Below are positions 56,607-64,000 of a stretch of 64,000 nucleotides of DNA, piece after piece. A program made the translations under genes and the position numbers. The stretch comes from an uncultured Gammaproteobacteria bacterium (lineage in GTDB: Bacteria; Pseudomonadota; Gammaproteobacteria; UBA9214), in NCBI GenBank assembly GCA_963827755.1, contig CAWHCQ010000044.1, positions 1 through 64,000 on the forward strand, read 5' to 3'. How positions within the stretch are numbered: the stretch's first letter is position 1; each line of letters opens with the position of its first letter. The notes under the pieces are model-generated. The model saw nothing but the letters and a program-made list of their open reading frames with translations, had not been told where the DNA came from and searched no databases.

Positions 56607-57170
56607 ATGAAAGCGAGTGAACTGAAGAAGGGGCTGGTGCTGGATATAGACGGGCGCAAGATCATTATCAAGGGCCTGGATGTGCAAAGTCCCTCATCCC
56701 GCAGTGGCAGCACGCTTTACAAGGTACGCGGTTTCGATCTCGTCACCCGGCAGAAATACGAGAACCGCTTCAAGGGTGACGAAGCTGTACAAACCGTGGA
56801 ATACTCCCGCCGCGCCGTTCAGTACCTCTACCAGGACACCGACAGCTGCACCTTCATGGACAAGGAATCCTATGAGCAGTACATGCTCGGTCTCGATGTT
56901 CTTGAAGACGAGTTGCGTTACCTGACGGACGAGCTTGACGGGATCTCCGCCATGATTGCAGATGATGCGGTGCTGGGTATCGAACTGCCGGCCACGGTCG
57001 TACTGGAAATCATCGAGACGGCACCCGGCATGAAAGCCGCCTCGGCCTCGGCCCGCAACAAGCCGGCAACCCTCAACACCGGCCTGGTCGTACAGGTTCC
57101 GGAATACCTGACAGCAGGCGAGCGCATCAAGGTCAACACCTCCACGGGCGAATACATTTCACGCGCATAA
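56607..57170 (+). CDS. yeiP: Elongation factor P-like protein (YeiP/EfpL)
   Basis: QSPSSRSGSTLYKVR loop, RFKGD, ASASARNKPA, VQVPEYL. Confidence 0.88.
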   Translation: MKASELKKGLVLDIDGRKIIIKGLDVQSPSSRSGSTLYKVRGFDLVTRQKYENRFKGDEAVQTVEYSRRAVQYLYQDTDSCTFMDKESYEQYMLGLDVLEDELRYLTDELDGISAMIADDAVLGIELPATVVLEIIETAPGMKAASASARNKPATLNTGLVVQVPEYLTAGERIKVNTSTGEYISRA

Positions 57171-57284
57171 GGCTTACACCTGCCCTGGCGCGCGCGAAGT
57201 ATTTTCCGGTTTCGCCCGTGCGATAGTTCCAGAAAAGGCAACTAGCGGGCGTGCCGGTTGAATCCTGTATCTTGATGCATTTGC

Positions 57285-57902
57285 TTACAGGTCGAAATGA
57301 TCATCATCCCAGAAGCCGCCGACTATACACCTGCGGGATGTGATTATTTGCCTGACCAGGTCCTGCAGCGGGAAGTGTAAGATCATGGCACGGACTTCAT
57401 CCGGTGTGCTGCGGCACTGCAGTTGCAGTTCCATCTTGTCTTCTTCGGTGTGGTCATCCTTCTGCATCAGAAAGGGGTTGTCGAACGCAGCCTCGATGCC
57501 GGTGTCGCGCTTGACCCCGTAGTTGTCCCAGAAATTATCCTTGCGCAGATGCTCCAGGAGCGACTTGATCTCCTGCCAGGATTCCATGGGGCACAAATCC
57601 AGCAGCTTGATGAACCTTGCCAGCCCGGGCGAGAGATCCTGGAACATGGCATGGCGTTCAGCTTCCAGCGCCTTGATCGATCTTTCGTAGTATTCCGGAC
57701 GATCCTCCTGCACCTTGTCGTGGTGGAGCTGTTCGTTCACGATGATGAAGTGCGCCAGAAAGTCCTTGATTTCCAGCTCCTCGTTGTCGGTGAAGGCCTC
57801 GATTGCTGCCGGGGGGATGGGGCGGGTCCTGCTGCGCAGTCGCTCCTTCTCCTCCGCGGTGAGGATTCTTTCTCCACTGATGGGTACAAGTTCCAGCTTC
57901 AT
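57285..57902 (-). CDS. Hypothetical protein, no recognised family
   Basis: About 205-aa ORF filling the gap between efpL and nitroreductase; GC-rich third positions; acidic, helical-looking composition. Confidence 0.65.
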   Translation of the reverse strand: MKLELVPISGERILTAEEKERLRSRTRPIPPAAIEAFTDNEELEIKDFLAHFIIVNEQLHHDKVQEDRPEYYERSIKALEAERHAMFQDLSPGLARFIKLLDLCPMESWQEIKSLLEHLRKDNFWDNYGVKRDTGIEAAFDNPFLMQKDDHTEEDKMELQLQCRSTPDEVRAMILHFPLQDLVRQIITSRRCIVGGFWDDDHFDL

Positions 57903-58194
57903 TACCAATCTACCTTATCTGGTGCAACAGGGTCCCAACACCCCGCATAGAATAAATTTTTCTATAATCAGTGTTGTTATCGGCATCCTTTGCCCGGGCT
58001 TTACTATCTGTCTTGTGTTTTCGAATACACAACCTGGTGCTTTCTCCCGGGCAGGCAAGAGAAAGTACCTCGCCCCCCCCGGCGGGGGCGAAATAAACAA
58101 GGAATTCTGACGGCTTGAGCGTGAAAACAATCACGCTTGCAAAGCGCTCCTGTAATGGCATATCCAGGAAAGACTTCGCAGGGAGGACCTGCCC

Positions 58195-58803
58195 CTACAG
58201 GAACCCGGCTGGCTTATCCCAGCCCGATGCAAACACAAATTCCCCGAGCGGTTTGCGCACCCGCGCCTCCAGCTCGGTCGTTTTCATGGGTTCTGCAAGA
58301 CTGTCCGGGTCGCCAAGGTAGCCGAGCGCAATACCGGTCGCCACCTGGAAATCTTCCGGTACCCGGTAGATCTCCGCTGCCCTTTCCGGCAGGATGCCGC
58401 CCATCGCGTGCATGTAAAGATCCAGCGCGGCCGCCTGCAGCATCATGCCTGCCGTGGCCAGCCCGAGGTCATGACGTGCATGGGCATTGGGCTTGTCATT
58501 AAAGGTAAACGTCTTTTTGGTGACCGCAAGCATCAGCACCGGCGCCTGCATCGCCCATACCTGGTTGCCTTCCACGAGACAGCTCATCAGCCTGTCATAT
58601 TCCTCTGGCTGTTCCTTGCGTGCCACGATATATCGCCAGGGCTGTTCGTTATAGCAGGAGGCCGCCCAGCGCGCCGCTTCGAACAGGCTGCCGAGTGCTT
58701 CTGCACTCACTGGCTTCGCGGAAAATGCGCGTGGAGACCAGCGTTTCTGCACTAATTCATGGATGGGATACTGCGTGTCCGGCGTTTTATTCATCATGTT
58801 CAC
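58195..58803 (-). CDS. Nitroreductase family protein
   Basis: RWSPRAF, AARWAASCYNEQPW, HAMGG. Confidence 0.92.
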   Translation of the reverse strand: MNMMNKTPDTQYPIHELVQKRWSPRAFSAKPVSAEALGSLFEAARWAASCYNEQPWRYIVARKEQPEEYDRLMSCLVEGNQVWAMQAPVLMLAVTKKTFTFNDKPNAHARHDLGLATAGMMLQAAALDLYMHAMGGILPERAAEIYRVPEDFQVATGIALGYLGDPDSLAEPMKTTELEARVRKPLGEFVFASGWDKPAGFL

Positions 58804-58821
58804 CTGTTTTGCCTGCCTGTC

Positions 58822-59700
58822 TCAGTCCGCTGCATTATCGATCGCCCCCATGCGTCCTGCCTGGTAATCCACGATAGCCTGGTCGATCTCGTCATTCGTA
58901 TTCATCACAAAGGGACCGCGTCGTGCGACCGGTTCATTCAGGGGTACTCCACCCAGTAATATAACCTGTGTTTGCGCACCGGCGGATGCAGGTACCCTCA
59001 TCTCGACCCTGTCTCCGGCATCAAGCACCGCCATCTGGCCATCATGCAGCGATGTACCGGCCGACTCCAGTTCACCGGAGAAGACGTATACCAGGCCATT
59101 ATGATCGCCCGGCAAGGGCTGCTGCACCACTCCACCCGGCTGCAGCGTCCAGTGCTGGAATACAATCGGTGTATGCGTATCGATGCGGGCGGCTACGCCC
59201 AGCGCTTCTCCGGCAATCACGCGCACATGTGCAAGTCCGTCTTCACTGTCAGCCTCGGGAATATTTTCCGCCGCAACGTCCTGGTAACGTGGCTCGGTCA
59301 TCTTCAGGCGCGCGGGCAGGTTCACCCATATCTGGAACCCGTGTACGCGCCCGCCCTGTTCCATGATACGGGCAGCAGGCATTTCCGAGTGCACGACTCC
59401 GCGGCCGGCAGTCATCCACTGAACATCACCCGGCCTCAACCTGCCGGCATGGCCGCCTGAATCACGGTGTTCGAATTCACCCTCGAGCATGTAGGTCACG
59501 GTCTCGAAGCCGCGGTGCGGATGATCCGGCGCACCGACTGCCTCACCGGGTTTGTAGTCCACGGGCCCCATTTCATCAATCATCAGGATCGGGTCGACCA
59601 GGTGCACACCACCCGCGACCGGCAACGGGCGGCGCACCTGGAAACCGCCTCCCTCAAGCAGCGTTTGCGCCGTGCTCAATTGTTTGATTTTTCTCAACAC
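58822..59700 (-). CDS. Pirin family protein
   Basis: HPHRGFETVT, QWMTAGRGVVHSE, QIWVNLP, GPFVMN; GGAGG before GTG 59700. Confidence 0.94.
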   Translation of the reverse strand: MLRKIKQLSTAQTLLEGGGFQVRRPLPVAGGVHLVDPILMIDEMGPVDYKPGEAVGAPDHPHRGFETVTYMLEGEFEHRDSGGHAGRLRPGDVQWMTAGRGVVHSEMPAARIMEQGGRVHGFQIWVNLPARLKMTEPRYQDVAAENIPEADSEDGLAHVRVIAGEALGVAARIDTHTPIVFQHWTLQPGGVVQQPLPGDHNGLVYVFSGELESAGTSLHDGQMAVLDAGDRVEMRVPASAGAQTQVILLGGVPLNEPVARRGPFVMNTNDEIDQAIVDYQAGRMGAIDNAAD

Positions 59701-59980
59701 ACACAACCTCCGGCAATCGTTTACAGCCGCCTTCACAGTGTAACGTCAACACAAGGGGGCATGCCTCGCCTTAGAACAGGCTTTCCCTTGATTCCGCGTT
59801 TACTAAATACTATCAGATAGATAGCAGCAACCAACAGCTTCAAAAAAAGCGTCCTGATGCCGTTAACACGAGCATGACCTGCCTGACGCTCATAACCGGG
59901 AGAACCTGCATACGCGGCTTTCGTAATGATTGCCTGTATTCGCGCAAGCTTTCAATCCGCATGAATTTACCGGGGCCGTC

Positions 59981-61895
59981 ATGAATAAACCGGCCGGGTC
60001 ACACCCAAACAGCCTCACGTACCGGCCAGAGATCGATGGCCTGAGAGCGATCGCGGTACTGTCTATTGTACTTTATCACGCGGGCATCGGTCCGGCTGCC
60101 GGCTTTGTCGGGGTCGATGTGTTCTTCGTTATTTCCGGTTATTTGATTACCGCCCTCCTGCACAAGGAATGGACCGCCACCGGGCGGATTGACATGTTCG
60201 CATTCTACGCCCGAAGGTTCCGCCGGCTGTTTGCGGCACTGGTGCTGGTTGTGACTGCGACTGTTACCATCTCGGCCTTCGTCCTTTCCCCTTTTGGTGA
60301 AATCAACCAGGTCGCACAGTCTGCGTCAGCATCCCTGGTGTTTGCCTCGAATTTTTTCTTTGAGATGACAACAGGCGGCTACTTCGATGTCAGTACCGAT
60401 ACACTGCCGCTGCTACATCTCTGGTCGCTGGCAGTCGAGGAACAATTCTATCTGCTATGGCCATTCTTGCTCATCACCCTGTTGCGCCTGTGGCCCAACT
60501 CGCTCATTCCGGTACTTGTCGTGTTGTCACTCAGCTCCCTGGTACTCGCCGAGTTCCTGCTTGCCAACAACCCGCAGGCGGCGTTTTATCAGATGCCGGC
60601 GCGCTTCTGGGAATTGGCCATCGGCGGCCTGATAGCCCTGCGGCCTTCCGGTCAATTGCAAAATGGACACACCACGGCTTCCCTGGGCCTTGTGATACTA
60701 CTGCTGGCTGTTGTCATACCTACTGCGCATTTCCCCGGTATCGGCGCCCTGCCTGCTGTAACGGGCGCCGCTTTGCTGTTGTATGCCGTCCATGGAACAT
60801 CGCGGCTCGGCATGGCGGGTATATGGCTGCAGTCCCGGCCAATGGTGTTCTTCGGGTTGATTTCCTATTCTCTTTATCTTTGGCACTGGCCGCTGCTCGC
60901 GATTGAGAGGGCAACGCGTGCAGGCCCGTCACCGGTGGAAATCCGCATACTGCTGTGCAGCCTCGCCGTTCGTGCTGGCGTGGCTCAGCTACTGTTTCAT
61001 CGAGCGCCCGCTTCGTCGCGCCGATCCCGGCACCCCTGCCCCGCGGATAGTCGCAGCAGGACTGGCGGCATCGATTGCACTCGCGCTTGCGGCGATCAAC
61101 CTCGGAGAGCATCTTGATCAGGAGCCACTGCCAACCGACCTCGCTTCGCGGATCAGCCGTGACATGCCTGAAAACCGTTCAAGCTGCCATTACCGGGGTA
61201 ATGAATCGCTTGCAATATTCCCGAAGCCCGGCTGCAGCTCTATCCCGGATACACCCGTTCGTGTTGCCATCTGGGGTGATTCCATGGCACTGGCGTGGCA
61301 GCCGTTTGCATGGGCCATCGGCCAGCGGACCGGAAAGGCTGCCACAAGCTATTCCCGGGATGCCTGCCCGCCATTACACGACTACTCAAACGGGAAACCC
61401 ATGGCCGAAGACATGCTTTGTCGCAAGTTCAACTCACTGGTTATCAAGAAGATCAGGGATGTTGACACGCTGGTATTAAGCTCGACGTGGTCGCCGGCTG
61501 CCAGGCAAGGAATTCGACAGGCGGCCTATGCGGAATACAGGACAAGGCTGCAGGAAACCATCGAGGCAGTCTTACCTTACGTCAAACAAATAATCCTGCT
61601 GGGGCCGACCCCGCGATTGCCGGACACCATACCACGCTGCATCCGGACCTCCAGCCTGGACGACTGCACCGTCAGTCGAAGCGAATTCGATGCAAGGACG
61701 TCGCAATCAAGGAAGTTGCTGGCATCAATGGCTATGACATACGACATGGTCACCTATGTGGATCCTGCCGATTTCTTCTGCACACCTGAAATTTGTCCCG
61801 CCTTTAAGGATGGATATGGACTCTACTGGGACTCACACCATGTCTCTTCCACGGCAGCGCGCAATTTTGCGTCAGGATATCTGGATAAAATATAG
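59981..61895 (+). CDS. Acyltransferase-3 + SGNH fusion (OafA-like O-acetyltransferase), split by a +1 frameshift near 60966
   Basis: YRPEIDGLRA, GVDVFFVISG, HLWSLAVEEQFY, SYSLYLWHWP; second ORF has SY.FIERP, GDS and DSHH. Confidence 0.88.
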
Positions 61896-61983
61896 AATCG
61901 GGTTGCCGCTCCGGTGGATCGAGATCACCTCTGCCGGGCGCAAGCGACAGAGAATCGGGCAATCCCCGCCCTGGGTTGCAGCT

Positions 61984-63897
61984 CTATTGCGAATTCCCTT
62001 GCTGACTGCCTGATTGTCCCTCCAGCTCCTCCCAGCGTGCATAACCTTCTTCCAGCTCCGTGGCGAGCGACTCGAGACGTGCCAGTACAACCGGGATTTT
62101 CTCCGCCGACTGCTGATAGAACGCGTGATCACTCACCGCCTCCTGCAACTGCGCCTGCTCGGTTTCAAGCGCCTCGATCCGGGCAGGCAGTGCATCCAGT
62201 TCACGCTGCTCATTGTAGGACAGTTTCCCGGGCGTTGACGGCTTTGCTTTCGTTGCAGGCACCTGTTTTACGACACAGTCCTGCCTGGCTGTTTTCTCTG
62301 CAGCCTTTTTCTGCCGCAACCAGTCACTGTAACCACCGACATATTCAGCAATCCGCCCATCTCCCTCGAATACCAGGGAACGCGTTACCACGTTATCGAG
62401 AAAAGCACGGTCATGGCTGACCAGCAGCAGGGTGCCTGCGTAATCCATTAATAATTCCTCCAGCAGTTCCAGCGTCTCCACATCGAGATCATTGGTCGGC
62501 TCGTCGAGCACCAGCAGGTTGGCAGGCCTTGTAAACAGCCGCGCCAGCAACAGCCGGTTACGTTCACCGCCGGAGAGCGAACTGACCGGTGACTGCAGGC
62601 GCTCGGAGGGAAACAGGAAGTCGCGCAGGTAGCCGGCCACGTGTATGTCACGGCCGTTGACCATGACACGCTGACTGCCATCGGCGACGTTATCCATCAC
62701 CGACTTGCGCGGATCCAGCTGTTCACGCTGCTGGTCGAAATAGGCAGACTGCTGGCGGGTGCCACGCAGCACTCGCCCGCTGTCGGGTAACTGTTCGCCG
62801 AGCAACACCCTGATCAGGGTGGATTTGCCCGCACCGTTGGGACCGATAATACCCACCCGGTCGCCACGCAAAATCGTGGTCGAAAAATCGCGGATCACGA
62901 CATTGTCAGCAAAGCTGACATTGATGTCTTTCGCTTCAAACACCAGCTTGCCGGAGTACTCACCCTCGTCCAGCTGCAGTTTGACCTTGCCGGTGCGCTT
63001 GCGTCGCTGTTGATACTGTTCACGCAGGGCCTTGAGCGCCCTGACCCGGCCTTCATTGCGGGTCCGCCGCGCCTTGATCCCCTGACGAATCCATGCCTCC
63101 TCCTGCGAGAGCTTCTTGTCAAACAGTGCGTTGTGGCGCGCCTCGACTTCGAGCTGCCCGGCCTTCCTGCGCAGGTAATCATCATAGTTCCCCGGCCAGG
63201 AACCCAGCTTGCCGCGGTCCAGCTCGATGACGCGCGTCGCAAGCCGCCTTACAAAGGCACGGTCATGACTGACAAACAGCAGCGCACCGGAAAATTCGGT
63301 CATGAACTCTTCCAGCCAGGTGATCGCCTCGATATCGAGATGATTGGTGGGCTCATCCAGCAACAACACATCCGGTTCGCCGACCAGTGCCCGTGCCAGC
63401 ATCACGCGGCGGCGCCAGCCACCGGAGAGGGATTCAAACTCAACGTCACCATCCAGCTGCAGGCGTGACAATACAGTTTCAACACGTTGCTCGAGTTGCC
63501 AGCCGCCGTGCACTTCCAGCTCATGCTGCAGCTCAGACAGGCGCTGCAACAGCTCCGGGCTGTCCGACTGCTCCAGCGCATGCGTGGCGTGATGATATTC
63601 CGTAATCAGCGCGCCCAGTTCCTGCAGTCCTGCGGCGACCACATCGAAGACCAGACCACTGACGTCGATCTCGACCTCCTGTGTCAGGGAGGCGACCCGC
63701 ATACCAGGGCGCAGCCAGCACTCACCGTCATCGGGTACCGCCTCACCACCGATAACACGCAACAGTGAAGACTTGCCTTCACCGTTACGGCCAATCAGGC
63801 AGACTCGCTCGCCCCTGAACACTTCCAGTTCCACCTGATCCAGCAGCGGACGATGCCCATAGGCCAGGGACACCTTGTTAAGTCGCAGTAATGGCAT
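61984..63897 (-). CDS. uup: ABC-F family ATPase Uup
   Basis: Two ABC domains, LSGGWRRR, QEEAWIRQGIKARRTRNEGR linker, C-terminal KLSYNEQREL. Confidence 0.95.
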   Translation of the reverse strand: MPLLRLNKVSLAYGHRPLLDQVELEVFRGERVCLIGRNGEGKSSLLRVIGGEAVPDDGECWLRPGMRVASLTQEVEIDVSGLVFDVVAAGLQELGALITEYHHATHALEQSDSPELLQRLSELQHELEVHGGWQLEQRVETVLSRLQLDGDVEFESLSGGWRRRVMLARALVGEPDVLLLDEPTNHLDIEAITWLEEFMTEFSGALLFVSHDRAFVRRLATRVIELDRGKLGSWPGNYDDYLRRKAGQLEVEARHNALFDKKLSQEEAWIRQGIKARRTRNEGRVRALKALREQYQQRRKRTGKVKLQLDEGEYSGKLVFEAKDINVSFADNVVIRDFSTTILRGDRVGIIGPNGAGKSTLIRVLLGEQLPDSGRVLRGTRQQSAYFDQQREQLDPRKSVMDNVADGSQRVMVNGRDIHVAGYLRDFLFPSERLQSPVSSLSGGERNRLLLARLFTRPANLLVLDEPTNDLDVETLELLEELLMDYAGTLLLVSHDRAFLDNVVTRSLVFEGDGRIAEYVGGYSDWLRQKKAAEKTARQDCVVKQVPATKAKPSTPGKLSYNEQRELDALPARIEALETEQAQLQEAVSDHAFYQQSAEKIPVVLARLESLATELEEGYARWEELEGQSGSQQGNSQ

Positions 63898-64000
63898 GGT
63901 ATTCAGTAACCTGCAGGCATGCTTGCATTGGCCCTGCCCGGGGCCGGGCATTTGATTGCGGCGTTTACAAGCCGCCGCGGCGCCCATATTCTACCAGCAT

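Noticed and set aside
57171-57284. Integron attC site or target-site duplication flanking the orphan gene
   Set aside because: No properly paired RYYYAAC/GTTRRRY boxes or convincing direct repeats were found.

Overview
About 64 kb of chromosomal backbone from a moderately GC-rich gammaproteobacterium. A cysteine-less DsrC/TusE paralog, ppc and an rpoN-linked hprK/PTS cluster suggest, but do not prove, a sulfur-oxidising lineage. In order, the window holds: ibaG-mlaBCDEF; yrbG-kdsDC-lptCAB-rpoN-hpf-ptsN-hprK-rapZ-EIIA-HPr-EI; a thermonuclease-like gene and a 17-kDa-type lipoprotein; pmbA/yjgA; tldD-nitrilase-yhdP-rng-maf-rlmH-rsfS-nadD-proA-holA-lptE-leuS; a GGDEF-EAL protein; lnt-corC-ybeY-phoH-miaB; RNase P RNA; glgA; ppc; and a mixed tail (DUF255, tatD, tcdA, DsrC-like, slyD, efpL, an orphan gene, nitroreductase, pirin, acyltransferase, uup). 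I found no tRNA, rRNA, CRISPR array, transposase or prophage, and no clearly novel multi-gene system that I can support. Five genes are split by six net +1 frameshifts, which most likely reflect sequencing or assembly insertion errors. The best leads are a secreted SNase homolog lacking two catalytic carboxylates next to a lipoprotein with a perfect FNR box, a sigma54 site inside the rpoN promoter, a terminator-like hairpin at the ppc start, an RspA-type DsrC paralog, an orphan gene behind a hairpin-rich spacer, and an eroded unknown ORF. All family assignments come from motif recognition by eye; no database searches were run.
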